64,000 bases of DNA from Escherichia coli (GCF_003334765.1 NZ_QOWT01000007.1), one strand, 5' to 3'; numbered from the stretch's first letter, positions 47,820 through 58,100 are shown. Notes: a model not told the origin generated them from the letters alone. Numbers and translations are program-made.

Positions 47820-49035
47820 ATTTATTCCGCATTGCTAACAGTAAACCAACAATCAAGCCAATTGGTTTGAGATCAACTTCCTCGAAGTTACCTCGAATAA
47901 TATAAAAGCTTACAAGCGTTAAAAATAGTAGTAATTGACCATTATAAGGAGTGACGACAACTGTTTTAAACGTTGCATTAGCTGTCTCTTTGATAATAGA
48001 GCCATACAGATAAAGTAAAGCGAGTAGTCCAGCCAAACCCGCTGCAAACCAAATTGACAAAACAACGTTGTGTGGCCCAATGGATTGCCTGAACTTCCAT
48101 GACGGAAAATCTACAACACGCTTATTATATATTGCATGGTAAATATCATCGCCGTAGCCATATCCCTTAAGAGGATTTTCCATAATTAATGTCCACGCCG
48201 TACCTTGAGTACCATTGGTATAGCGATAAGAACTGTCGGTCTGTTGAAGTTTATAAATAAGCCTGTCTTTACCAGCATGATCACCTTTATAGGTAAATAC
48301 ACCCACTGCGGCAACAGAAATAACGATGGAAGTCAGCATCAATAATTTCCACTGACGATTTAAGATTAACCATAGCAGAGTCACTATGAATACTGCCAGC
48401 CATGCACCACGAGACAGCGTTCCTAATAGCAGAAATAAGAAAACTGCACTAAAAATTACGAATGCTATTTTATAAGAGGTTTTCTTGATAAGCCAAAGGT
48501 TTAATAATGCTGGAAACAGAAACACCATTGAATCGGAAATACTACGGTGTTCATAGGTGGAAAATGGCATTATTCCTTTATTATAATCCTGAATATAAAG
48601 AATAAGTTCAACAAGACAACGTAAGCCAAGTCCGGTAACTAATGAGTATAGTACAATTTTACCAATGCTTTCATTATCTTCATCTTTTAATAATGCAGGT
48701 ATAAGTAAACTATAGGCCAAAAATCCTTTAAGTACCGTATTACTGAATTCTTTAAAACTGATTTTCAGATCAGGTGATATAAAAGTAGCATATAAAAGAA
48801 TGAGTGATAGTGCCAGGACACTATAAAAAAGATTATTTTTATAGAGTACTTTAAATGTTCCCGGAGCACGAGAAACTTGATAGATTACCGTAATAATCAT
48901 TAGTATAGATATGATGTGTTTATAACGGGTTATACCATCAAGGAAAAAGGTTGCAATAAAGAGGAATACCAACGCTTTATTCCAGTACGGTTTCCACTTT
49001 TCTTTATTACGTAGCGCCAGCGAGGCTGTTAACAT
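47818..49035 (-). CDS. waaL: O-antigen ligase
   Basis: 405 aa polytopic protein, N-terminus MLTASLALRNKEKWKPYWNKALVFLF; resembles the Salmonella-type WaaL I recall, not K-12 WaaL. Confidence 0.8.
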   Translation of the reverse strand: MLTASLALRNKEKWKPYWNKALVFLFIATFFLDGITRYKHIISILMIITVIYQVSRAPGTFKVLYKNNLFYSVLALSLILLYATFISPDLKISFKEFSNTVLKGFLAYSLLIPALLKDEDNESIGKIVLYSLVTGLGLRCLVELILYIQDYNKGIMPFSTYEHRSISDSMVFLFPALLNLWLIKKTSYKIAFVIFSAVFLFLLLGTLSRGAWLAVFIVTLLWLILNRQWKLLMLTSIVISVAAVGVFTYKGDHAGKDRLIYKLQQTDSSYRYTNGTQGTAWTLIMENPLKGYGYGDDIYHAIYNKRVVDFPSWKFRQSIGPHNVVLSIWFAAGLAGLLALLYLYGSIIKETANATFKTVVVTPYNGQLLLFLTLVSFYIIRGNFEEVDLKPIGLIVGLLLAMRNK

Positions 49036-49073
49036 TGCTTCTCCACCATCTTAAATAATATATAACGTATTAA

Positions 49074-50030
49074 TCAGGAATTGATTTTATTAAATACCGT
49101 TTCTGCAGTCAGATGAGCAAGATCTTTATCTGGTGCCCTACAAACCACCTGATTCTTCCCATATCCGCCAATTAATCCCGGATCGGTTGGTCCATAAACC
49201 GTGATATTCGGTCGATCCAGTGCTGCAGTTAAATGACTTAACCCAGTGTCTACCGATACCACGAATTTCGCTCCGGCCAGCACACGGGCAACACCTTCCA
49301 GACTCATCTTCGGCAATACTTCAACATAAGCAAATCCTTCCGCCAGTCGTTTCGCCCGTTTTTCCTCATGCGGCGCACCCCACGGAAGTTTAATGCGAAT
49401 CCCTGAATCTGCCAGTAAACCAATCAATTCTCGCCAGTGTTCTTCCGGCCAGTGTTTATCATCACGGGTCGTCGCATGAAGAAATACGGCATATTCGCCA
49501 GCATCTGTAGGCAGGTTCGTCAGAAAATGCTGTGCGATAGCATAATCGCCCTGGGTTTGCGGTTTGCTATAGCCCAGACTTTTGGCAAAAAGTTCGCGGA
49601 TGCGTTCTACGGCGTGCTGCTGTTTTGCAATATGATGTTTACGATTGTAAAACAGGCTGGCTAAAGGTTCGCGAGCGGTTTGCCAGTCCATTCCATGCTT
49701 TACGCCATGCGCCAGACGCGTCACCAGCGCCGCGCTTTTTACCAGCCCCTGAGCATCGATAACTGCGTCATAGTTCTCTGCTTGTAGCGCTTCACGAAAC
49801 GCTTTGCGTTCAGCTTTTATGGGGGCCGAGAACCAGGCTTTACGCCAGCGACGTATTGCCACAGGAATAACTCGCTCAACGGCGGCGTGCCAGGAAGGAA
49901 TCTGTGCGAACCCTTCTTCCACCACCCAGTCAAACTTAATCCCTGGGATTGCCTGCTGGGCATCAGTGAGTGCGGGCAACGTATGGAGAACATCGCCCAT
50001 CGACGATGTTTTAACGATCAAAACCCGCAT
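49074..50030 (-). CDS. waaC: LPS heptosyltransferase I
   Basis: 318 aa MRVLIVKTSSMGDVLHTLPALTDA, GT9. Confidence 0.9.
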   Translation of the reverse strand: MRVLIVKTSSMGDVLHTLPALTDAQQAIPGIKFDWVVEEGFAQIPSWHAAVERVIPVAIRRWRKAWFSAPIKAERKAFREALQAENYDAVIDAQGLVKSAALVTRLAHGVKHGMDWQTAREPLASLFYNRKHHIAKQQHAVERIRELFAKSLGYSKPQTQGDYAIAQHFLTNLPTDAGEYAVFLHATTRDDKHWPEEHWRELIGLLADSGIRIKLPWGAPHEEKRAKRLAEGFAYVEVLPKMSLEGVARVLAGAKFVVSVDTGLSHLTAALDRPNITVYGPTDPGLIGGYGKNQVVCRAPDKDLAHLTAETVFNKINS

Positions 50031-50033
50031 CCG

Positions 50034-51080
50034 TCAGGCTTCCTCTTGTAACAATAGAGAGTTGAGTTCTTCCAGCACGCGCTGGGGAGTAATGTCGATC
50101 AAGCTCTGGTGATAACCTTCTGCGGCGTCGCCTTTGCGTACTTTGTGATAGCCGGTAATCAGGCGGATCACGCGCGCTTTATGGGATAGCGGCGGTGTGA
50201 AGTCCGGGCTACTCGGACCATACAGGGCAACCAGCGGACGATTGAGCGCCGCCGCAACGTGCATCAGGCCAGAATCGTTAGTGACAATGGCTTTACAGGC
50301 TGCAATCAGGATAACCGCTTGATCAAGCTGTGTTTCCCCCGCCAGGTTCCGGCACCATGCCTGCTGCTCGGTATTTAAAGCGGCAAGAATCTCATTGCCC
50401 GCTTCATGATCTTTCGCCGAGCCAAACAGAACCACTTGATAACCTTCATCAATCAGTTGCTTTGCCAGTTCCGCATAGTGGTAGTGTGGCCAGCGTTTTG
50501 CCGGACCAAACTCCGCACCCGGGCAAAAACCAATCATTGGACGTTCTGATGAAAGCGAAAATTGATTACAGGTATATGATTTTTCACCTTCGCTCACCTG
50601 CAACTGCGGCCATAACAATGGCTGCGGCAGATCTTGTGCGGTACGCATAATACCTTTGTCATAGGCCAGCGCCACATAGCGTTCCACCATCAGCGGCCAG
50701 GCTTCTTTATCCAGCACACGCACATCGTTGAGTAAACCGTAGCGCATTTCGCCGCGCCAGCCGGTGCGATGAGGAATACCCGCGAAGAAAGGCACTAATG
50801 CGGATTTGAAGGAGTTGGGTAAAACGTAGGCGCGGTCGTAACGTTTTTCGCGCAGGCTATGACCCAGCTTGCGGCGTTCGCCAATTTCCAGCGCCCCGTG
50901 ACCAAGCGGCATAGGAATGGCTTCGTTAACTTCCGGCATCCGCGATAATAATGGACGGCACCATGCCGGTGCCATCACGTCGATTATCGCCTGGGGATAG
51001 CGCGCCTGGAGCGTGCGATAGAGACTTTGCGACATCATCATGTCGCCAACCCATGACGGGCCGATCACCAATATTTTCAT
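50034..51080 (-). CDS. waaF: LPS heptosyltransferase II
   Basis: 348 aa MKILVIGPSWVGDMMMSQSLYRTLQ, GT9. Confidence 0.9.
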   Translation of the reverse strand: MKILVIGPSWVGDMMMSQSLYRTLQARYPQAIIDVMAPAWCRPLLSRMPEVNEAIPMPLGHGALEIGERRKLGHSLREKRYDRAYVLPNSFKSALVPFFAGIPHRTGWRGEMRYGLLNDVRVLDKEAWPLMVERYVALAYDKGIMRTAQDLPQPLLWPQLQVSEGEKSYTCNQFSLSSERPMIGFCPGAEFGPAKRWPHYHYAELAKQLIDEGYQVVLFGSAKDHEAGNEILAALNTEQQAWCRNLAGETQLDQAVILIAACKAIVTNDSGLMHVAAALNRPLVALYGPSSPDFTPPLSHKARVIRLITGYHKVRKGDAAEGYHQSLIDITPQRVLEELNSLLLQEEA

Positions 51081-51207
51081 TCACTTCATCCTTCAAGCTG
51101 TCTCTGCGGCGGCTGCCTGCGTTCACTCCGGTCACTTACTTTTGTAAGCTCCCGGAGATTCACTTAGCTGCTGCCTTGATACCGCTCGAATGATTTTGTG
51201 AATTTAC
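51081..51207. repeat. ERIC (IRU) element between hldD and waaF
   Basis: Gene-strand core GTGAATCTCCGGGAGCTTACAAAAGTAAGTGACCGGAGTGAACG (plus 51120..51163) matches the ERIC1R-complement/ERIC2 primer sequence GTGAATCCCCAGGAGCTTACATAAGTAAGTGACTGGGGTGAGCG with compensatory stem changes; about 127 bp. Confidence 0.7.
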
Positions 51208-52140
51208 GTTGATGTCGCGATTCAGCCAGGCCATGTATTCCGTTACGCCTTCGGCAACGGTTTTGAACGGTTTGTCATAACCCGCCGCGCGCAGATTCGT
51301 CAGATCTGCCTGCGTGAATGCCTGATAGCGGCCTTTCAGTTTATCCGGGAACGGAATGTATTCGATCTGGCCTTTCTTGTGATAAGCAAGCGTTGCATCG
51401 GCTACCGCCTGGAAGGATTCCGCACGACCAGTACCGAGGTTGAAGATGCCGGAAACGCCATTTTCCAGGAACCACAGGTTTACATCTGCCACGTCGCCAA
51501 CATAGACGAAGTCGCGTTTAAAGTTCTCGCTACCTTCGAACAGCTTCGGTGATTCACCGTTATTAAGCTGGGTGTTGAGATGGAAAGCGACGCTCGCCAT
51601 GCTGCCTTTATGGCCTTCACGCGGTCCATAAACGTTGAAATAACGGAAGCCAACAATCTGTGAGTTTGCTTCCGGCAGAATTTGACGAACATATTCATCA
51701 AACAGGAATTTCGAGTAACCGTAGACGTTCAACGGTTTTTCGTACTCGCGGGATTCAATAAAGTCGGAAGTGCGACCGCCGTAAGTGGCTGCGGATGAAG
51801 CGTACAGGAACGGGATTTCACGCTCCAGGCAGTAGTGCAGCAGCTCCTTGGAGTATTGATAGTTGTTATCCATCATATACTTGCCGTCCCACTCGGTGGT
51901 GGAAGAGCACGCGCCTTCGTGGAAAATCGCTTCGACATCGCCGAACTCTTCGCCAGCCATAATCTGGATCAGGAAGTCTTCCTTATCCATATAGTCTGCG
52001 ATATTCAGGTCCACCAGGTTCACAAACTTGGTGCCGTCTTTCAGGTTGTCCACCACCAGAATATCGGTGATGCCTTTGTCATTCAGGGCTTTAACGATGT
52101 TGCTGCCGATAAAGCCCGCGCCGCCGGTAACGATGATCAT
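51160..52140 (-). CDS. hldD: ADP-L-glycero-D-manno-heptose 6-epimerase, open frame extended into the ERIC element
   Basis: 326-aa ORF; residues 1-309 read as HldD ([23 protein letters not shown] ... EYMAWLNRD), then 17 extra residues [17 protein letters not shown] encoded by the repeat; recalled K-12 protein ends ...WLNRDA at 310 aa. Confidence 0.85.
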
Positions 52141-52353
52141 AACTGTAACCTTCGAATTGTGGAGTCAGAGACAATCTCAGACACGAATACTTCTATCATA
52201 TCACTACACGGCGCTGGCTACAGCCATTCACCGAAAGTGGTATGCCTGAGCGTGATTTATGCTTATTTTTTGACAAGTACAAATGCTTCATCTCGTATCA
52301 ACCTATGGCTTTCGGTAATATGTGCTGAAATTTGCCCAGTCTGGAGAATCGCG

Positions 52354-53550
52354 ATGCGTGGAGATTTTTATCAGCAGTTAGCCAACGATCTGGAAACCGC
52401 TCGTGCGGAAGGATTGTTTAAAGAAGAGCGCATTATCACATCCGCTCAACAAGCGGATATCACTGTGGCGGATGGTAGCCACGTCATTAACTTTTGTGCC
52501 AATAACTACCTGGGGCTGGCGAACCACCCGGAACTGATTGCGGCAGCAAAAGCGGGAATGGATTCTCATGGTTTCGGCATGGCTTCGGTGCGTTTTATTT
52601 GTGGCACTCAGGACAGCCACAAAGAGCTTGAGCAGAAGCTGGCTGCATTCCTGGGGATGGAAGATGCGATTCTCTACTCTTCCTGCTTTGATGCTAACGG
52701 TGGCCTGTTTGAAACACTGCTGGGTGCGGAAGACGCCATTATCTCCGACGCACTGAACCACGCGTCTATTATTGATGGTGTGCGTCTGTGTAAAGCTAAA
52801 CGCTATCGCTATGCCAACAACGATATGCAGGAGCTTGAAGCTCGTCTGAAAGAAGCGCGTGAAGCCGGTGCGCGTCATGTGCTGATTGCCACCGATGGTG
52901 TGTTCTCGATGGACGGCGTGATTGCCAATCTGAAGGGCGTTTGCAATCTGGCAGATAAATACGATGCCCTGGTGATGGTAGACGACTCCCACGCGGTCGG
53001 TTTTGTCGGTGAAAACGGTCGTGGTTCCCATGAATACTGCGATGTGATGGGCCGGGTCGATATTATCACCGGTACGCTTGGTAAAGCGCTGGGCGGGGCT
53101 TCTGGTGGTTATACCGCGGCGCGCAAAGAAGTGGTTGAGTGGCTACGCCAGCGTTCTCGTCCGTACCTGTTCTCCAACTCGCTGGCACCAGCGATTGTCG
53201 CCGCTTCCATCAAAGTGCTGGAGATGGTTGAAGCGGGCAGCGAGCTACGTGACCGTTTGTGGGCGAACGCGCGTCAGTTCCGTGAGCAAATGTCGGCGGC
53301 GGGCTTTACCCTGGCGGGAGCCGATCACGCCATTATTCCGGTCATGCTTGGCGATGCGGTAGTGGCGCAGAAATTTGCTCGTGAGCTGCAAAAAGAGGGG
53401 ATTTACGTCACCGGTTTCTTCTATCCGGTCGTTCCGAAAGGTCAGGCGCGTATTCGTACCCAGATGTCTGCGGCGCATACCTCTGAGCAAATTACGCGCG
53501 CAGTAGAAGCATTCACGCGTATTGGTAAACAACTGGGCGTTATCGCCTGA
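52354..53550 (+). CDS. kbl: 2-amino-3-ketobutyrate CoA ligase (glycine C-acetyltransferase)
   Basis: ORF 51835..53550 has a stop-free upstream run; start at [14 protein letters not shown] (398 aa); PLP-dependent. Confidence 0.9.
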   Translation: MRGDFYQQLANDLETARAEGLFKEERIITSAQQADITVADGSHVINFCANNYLGLANHPELIAAAKAGMDSHGFGMASVRFICGTQDSHKELEQKLAAFLGMEDAILYSSCFDANGGLFETLLGAEDAIISDALNHASIIDGVRLCKAKRYRYANNDMQELEARLKEAREAGARHVLIATDGVFSMDGVIANLKGVCNLADKYDALVMVDDSHAVGFVGENGRGSHEYCDVMGRVDIITGTLGKALGGASGGYTAARKEVVEWLRQRSRPYLFSNSLAPAIVAASIKVLEMVEAGSELRDRLWANARQFREQMSAAGFTLAGADHAIIPVMLGDAVVAQKFARELQKEGIYVTGFFYPVVPKGQARIRTQMSAAHTSEQITRAVEAFTRIGKQLGVIA

Positions 53551-53559
53551 GGATGTGAA

Positions 53560-54585
53560 ATGAAAGCGTTATACAAACTGAAAGCGGAAGAAGGCATCTG
53601 GATGACCGACGTTCCTGAGCCGGAACTGGGTCATAACGATCTGCTGATTAAAATCCGTAAAACAGCCATCTGCGGGACTGACGTTCACATCTATAACTGG
53701 GATGAGTGGTCGCAAAAAACCATCCCGGTGCCGATGGTCGTGGGCCATGAATATGTCGGTGAAGTGGTAGGTATTGGTCAGGAAGTGAAAGGCTTCAAGA
53801 TTGGCGATCGCGTTTCTGGCGAAGGCCATATCACTTGCGGTCACTGTCGCAACTGTCGTGGCGGTCGTACCCATCTGTGCCGCAACACGATCGGCGTCGG
53901 CGTTAACCGCCCGGGCTGCTTCGCCGAATATCTGGTGATTCCGGCGTTCAACGCCTTCAAAATTCCCGACAATATCTCCGACGATCTGGCTTCCATTTTT
54001 GATCCCTTCGGTAATGCCGTGCATACCGCGCTGTCGTTCGATCTGGTTGGCGAGGATGTGCTGGTCTCTGGTGCAGGTCCGATAGGTATTATGGCTGCGG
54101 CGGTGGCGAAACACGTTGGTGCACGCAATGTGGTGATCACGGATGTTAATGAATATCGTCTCGAACTGGCGCGCAAAATGGGTATCACCCGTGCGGTCAA
54201 CGTCGCTAAAGAAAACCTTAATGATGTGATGGCAGAACTGGGTATGACCGAAGGCTTTGATGTCGGTCTGGAAATGTCCGGTGCGCCGCCAGCGTTTCGT
54301 ACCATGCTCGACACCATGAACCACGGCGGTCGTATTGCGATGTTGGGTATTCCACCTTCTGACATGTCGATAGACTGGACAAAAGTGATCTTTAAGGGCT
54401 TGTTCATTAAAGGCATTTACGGTCGTGAGATGTTTGAAACCTGGTACAAGATGGCGGCGCTGATTCAGTCTGGCCTCGATCTCTCGCCGATCATTACCCA
54501 TCGTTTCTCTATCGATGATTTCCAGAAGGGCTTTGACGCTATGCGTTCGGGCCAGTCCGGGAAAGTTATTCTGAGCTGGGATTAA
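53560..54585 (+). CDS. tdh: L-threonine 3-dehydrogenase
   Basis: 341 aa [32 protein letters not shown]; zinc ADH motifs GHEYVGEV and C-x2-C-x2-C. Confidence 0.95.
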   Translation: MKALYKLKAEEGIWMTDVPEPELGHNDLLIKIRKTAICGTDVHIYNWDEWSQKTIPVPMVVGHEYVGEVVGIGQEVKGFKIGDRVSGEGHITCGHCRNCRGGRTHLCRNTIGVGVNRPGCFAEYLVIPAFNAFKIPDNISDDLASIFDPFGNAVHTALSFDLVGEDVLVSGAGPIGIMAAAVAKHVGARNVVITDVNEYRLELARKMGITRAVNVAKENLNDVMAELGMTEGFDVGLEMSGAPPAFRTMLDTMNHGGRIAMLGIPPSDMSIDWTKVIFKGLFIKGIYGREMFETWYKMAALIQSGLDLSPIITHRFSIDDFQKGFDAMRSGQSGKVILSWD

Positions 54586-54594
54586 CACGAACAA

Positions 54595-54616
54595 GGGCTG
54601 GTATTCCAGCCCTTTT
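54595..54616 (+). terminator. intrinsic terminator after kbl-tdh
   Basis: GGGCTGG-tatt-CCAGCCC stem followed by TTTT. Confidence 0.65.
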
Positions 54617-54823
54617 ATCTGAGGATAATCTGTTAAATATGTAAAATCCTGTCAGTGTAATAAAGAGTTCGTAATTGTGCTGATCTCTTATATAGCTGCT
54701 CTCATTATCTCTCTACCCTGAAGTGACTCTCTCACCTGTAAAAATAATATCTCACAGGCTTAATAGTTTCTTAATACAAAGCCTGTAAAACGTCAGGATA
54801 ACTTCAGAGGTCGTCGGTAATTT

Positions 54824-55858
54824 ATGATGAACAGCACCAATAAACTTAGTGTTATTATTCCGTTATATAATGCGGGCGATGATTTCCGCACTTGTATGGA
54901 ATCTTTAATTACGCAAACCTGGACTGCTCTGGAAATCATTATTATTAACGATGGTTCAACGGATAATTCTGTTGAAATAGCAAAGCATTACGCAGAAAAC
55001 TATCCGCACGTTCGTTTGTTGCATCAGGCGAATGCTGGCGCATCGGTGGCGCGTAATCGTGGGATTGAAGTGGCAACGGGCAAATATGTCGCTTTTGTCG
55101 ATGCTGACGATGAAGTCTATCCCACCATGTACGAAACGCTGATGACCATGGCGTTAGAGGACGACCTCGACGTGGCGCAGTGCAACGCTGACTGGTGTTT
55201 TCGTGAAACGGGAGAAACCTGGCAATCCATCCCCACCGATCGCCTTCGCTCAACCGGCGTCTTAACCGGCCCGGACTGGCTGCGGATGGGGCTTTCTTCG
55301 CGCCGTTGGACTCACGTTGTCTGGATGGGGGTTTATCGCCGTGATGTTATTGTTAAAAATAACATTAAATTTATTGCCGGATTACATCATCAGGATATTG
55401 TCTGGACAACAGAATTCATGTTTAACGCGCTGCGTGCGCGATATACCGAGCAATCATTATATAAATATTATCTGCATAATACGTCAGTGAGTCGGTTGCA
55501 TAGACAAGGGAATAAAAACCTTAATTATCAACGTCACTATATTAAGATTACCCGCCTGCTGGAGAAATTAAATCGAAATTATGCCGACAAAATTATGATT
55601 TATCCGGAATTTCATCAGCAAATAACTTACGAGGCATTGCGTGTTTGCCATGCGGTGCGCAAAGAGCCGGATATTCTTACCCGCCAACGGATGATTGCCG
55701 AGATATTTACTTCCGGTATGTATAAGCGCCTGATTACCAATGTGCGCAGCGTGAAGGTCGGTTACCAGGCGTTACTGTGGTCTTTCCGCTTATGGCAATG
55801 GCGCGACAAAACGCGGTCGCACCATCGCATTACGCGTAGCGCCTTTAATTTGCGCTAG
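54824..55858 (+). CDS. waaH: GT2-family glycosyltransferase (LPS glucuronic acid transferase WaaH/YibD)
   Basis: 344 aa; GT2 motifs LSVIIPLYNAGD and VAFVDADDE. Confidence 0.85.
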   Translation: MMNSTNKLSVIIPLYNAGDDFRTCMESLITQTWTALEIIIINDGSTDNSVEIAKHYAENYPHVRLLHQANAGASVARNRGIEVATGKYVAFVDADDEVYPTMYETLMTMALEDDLDVAQCNADWCFRETGETWQSIPTDRLRSTGVLTGPDWLRMGLSSRRWTHVVWMGVYRRDVIVKNNIKFIAGLHHQDIVWTTEFMFNALRARYTEQSLYKYYLHNTSVSRLHRQGNKNLNYQRHYIKITRLLEKLNRNYADKIMIYPEFHQQITYEALRVCHAVRKEPDILTRQRMIAEIFTSGMYKRLITNVRSVKVGYQALLWSFRLWQWRDKTRSHHRITRSAFNLR

Positions 55859-56804
55859 CGTTAAACTTCGCCGCTTCGGGCTGTTTGCCCCAGCCTTGCC
55901 ACTGATGCTGGAAGTAAACGATCAGCGTGCTCTGGCTGATACTTTCGCTTAATACTTCAAAGAAGCGATTAGCATAAACAGGTTCTATCGGTTTCTTCGG
56001 TTTGCACAGCTTCACGCCACGGAACGGATTACGCGGTGCATCAGGCACAGCGTTTTTCGGCGGTGTAGAAGTATCAACCTGCGGTTCATTCAGCAAGCTG
56101 CTGGCTTTCACCAGCGTAATGTCTGGCGGCAGGTTATAAACCATCTGTTGTAGCACGCGTACCGTTGAAGGGTGAGGATGCCCAATGGCAATGGTTGAAC
56201 CGTTGCGACGCGCCAGATCAATTGCGCGATTAAATTGCACACGGATGTCCGCTTCGTTCTGCGAATCGTCGAGGAACACCTTCCGTTTGATCACCTTCAC
56301 GCCAGTACCTTGCGCGGCGCGCATCGCCTGGGTATTACCGATGGTTACGCTGTCGAGGAAGTAAAGATTGTAACGCTCCAGTGCCTGCATCACTTTCTGC
56401 ATACCAAACAGGTTAGAGGTCATCTTGCTACCCATGTGGTTGTTGATCCCCACGGCATAGGGCACGTTATTGACCGCACTACGAATAATGCGCTCAATTT
56501 CGTCGCTGCTCATCTCCGGGCGCAGCGTATTTTTCTCCAGCGGCTGTTTACTCAGTGGTGCCATCGGGAGATGAATCAACACTTCGTGCCCGCTGTTATG
56601 CGCTTTGGTCGCCATCTCTCTGGCGTGCGGTGAATCGGGTAATACAGCGACGGAGATAGCGGAGGGCATCGCCAGCACCTGGTTTTCGTTGTGCGGGCGA
56701 TACCCAAAATCATCAATGACGATGGCAAGTTTGCCAGCAAGTACGGGGGAGGAGAGCACCAACAGAGCGGCAAATGCAAGAACGTTACGACGAAATGGAA
56801 ACAA
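55845..56804 (-). CDS. yibQ: divergent polysaccharide deacetylase family protein
   Basis: 319 aa with signal peptide; 3' end overlaps the waaH 3' end by 14 nt (convergent). Confidence 0.85.
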   Translation of the reverse strand: MFPFRRNVLAFAALLVLSSPVLAGKLAIVIDDFGYRPHNENQVLAMPSAISVAVLPDSPHAREMATKAHNSGHEVLIHLPMAPLSKQPLEKNTLRPEMSSDEIERIIRSAVNNVPYAVGINNHMGSKMTSNLFGMQKVMQALERYNLYFLDSVTIGNTQAMRAAQGTGVKVIKRKVFLDDSQNEADIRVQFNRAIDLARRNGSTIAIGHPHPSTVRVLQQMVYNLPPDITLVKASSLLNEPQVDTSTPPKNAVPDAPRNPFRGVKLCKPKKPIEPVYANRFFEVLSESISQSTLIVYFQHQWQGWGKQPEAAKFNASAN

Positions 56805-56807
56805 AAC

Positions 56808-58067
56808 TTATCTTCCCAACCACGGCTGTGGATTGACCGCCTGACCCTGGCGGCGAATTTCGAAATAGAGTGAAGGCCGACCCTGACCGCCACTGCTGCC
56901 CACCAGTGCAATTGGCTGGCCCGCGCGAACCTGCGAACCAACGCTCACCAGTGCGCTCTGATTATAGCCGTAAAGACTCATGTCGCCTTTACCGTGCTCA
57001 ACCACCACCACCAGACCGTAACCTTGCAGCCAGTCAGCCAGAATCACCCGACCGTCGGCAATCGCTTTAACTTCAGTACCTTCAGAGGCACCGATAACCA
57101 TTCCTTTCCAGCGTAGTTCGCCCTGTAGCTGTTCACCATAGCGATGCAGCGTCGGCCCGCGAACCGGCCAGAATGCCTGACCACGCGGCGCACCCAGACC
57201 ACCGGTACGGGACATCAGCGATTTTTCGCTTTCAGTCGGTTTGTAGGTGGTGCCTTTACGCGTCGCTTCTTTCTGGCGGTCGCGAACCGCCTGGGCCTCA
57301 CGCGCTTCTCGTTCAGCACGCGCTTTCGCCGCGGCTTCCGCACGGGCAATGCTGTTACGCAGACGGGATTCGTTGGCACGCAGTTCACTTAGCTGCTGCT
57401 GACCTTGCTGGATGGAAGATTCCAGCCCCGCCAGCGTCTTTTTACGCTCGTTCAGAGCCTGAGTCAGTTTCGCCTGTTGGGCGCGCTGTTCATATAACAG
57501 CGTTTGTTGCTCGCTTTGTTTCTCTTCCAGTTCAGCACGCTGCATGGCGACTTCTTCACGCGTTTGCTTCAACTGGGCAATGGTTTCTTGTCGCGCCTGG
57601 TTGAGATAGCCGAAATAAGCCTGTAAACGCTGTCCACGCTGGCTTTCTTCACCGCTGAGAATTAGCTGAATACCGGTATGCTCGCCCTGACGGAATGCGG
57701 CATCCAGTTGTGCGGCGAGGCTGCGCTCCTGGGCGGCTTTTTGCTGCTCCAGTTTGGCAATCGACGCGTTCATCTCATCAATCTGTTTATTGAGTTGATT
57801 GAGCGTGTTTTGCGTTTCGCGCAGCTTACGGGTGGCTTCAGAGATCGCTTCTTCCTGCTTTTTCAATTGTGCGAGCAGGCTTGCGCGTTGTTGTTGCTTT
57901 TGGCGTACCGCGCGCTCTTTCGCGGCGATATCGGCCTGAATAGATTTGAGTTGGTCACGCTCATCCGCGTGGGCGGAAAAGGCGCACAACAATACGCCAG
58001 CGCTAAGAACGCTGGCGTAGATGATGGGCCTGATTGCAAACCTGCGCGGTTTCACGGCCCGTGTCAT
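56808..58067 (-). CDS. envC: murein hydrolase activator EnvC (coiled-coil plus LytM domain)
   Basis: ORF 56808..58091; start placed at MTRAVKPRRFAIRP (419 aa); Q/E/A-rich coiled coil, C-terminal LytM. Confidence 0.9.
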   Translation of the reverse strand: MTRAVKPRRFAIRPIIYASVLSAGVLLCAFSAHADERDQLKSIQADIAAKERAVRQKQQQRASLLAQLKKQEEAISEATRKLRETQNTLNQLNKQIDEMNASIAKLEQQKAAQERSLAAQLDAAFRQGEHTGIQLILSGEESQRGQRLQAYFGYLNQARQETIAQLKQTREEVAMQRAELEEKQSEQQTLLYEQRAQQAKLTQALNERKKTLAGLESSIQQGQQQLSELRANESRLRNSIARAEAAAKARAEREAREAQAVRDRQKEATRKGTTYKPTESEKSLMSRTGGLGAPRGQAFWPVRGPTLHRYGEQLQGELRWKGMVIGASEGTEVKAIADGRVILADWLQGYGLVVVVEHGKGDMSLYGYNQSALVSVGSQVRAGQPIALVGSSGGQGRPSLYFEIRRQGQAVNPQPWLGR

Positions 58068-58100
58068 GGTATTAATCGCCTTTCCCCTCATGGGGAGGGA

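Noticed and set aside
51835-53550. 571-aa ORF that extends kbl upstream across the hldD start region
   Set aside because: The upstream 173 codons are a stop-free run antisense to hldD and the promoter region. The recognisable Kbl N-terminus ([14 protein letters not shown]) starts at 52354, giving the expected 398 aa.
53569-54594. 341-aa minus-strand ORF exactly mirroring tdh
   Set aside because: It is antisense to a well-supported, highly conserved tdh CDS, and its product is low-complexity and R/H-rich with no recognisable domain. This is a typical stop-free shadow ORF in GC-rich coding DNA.
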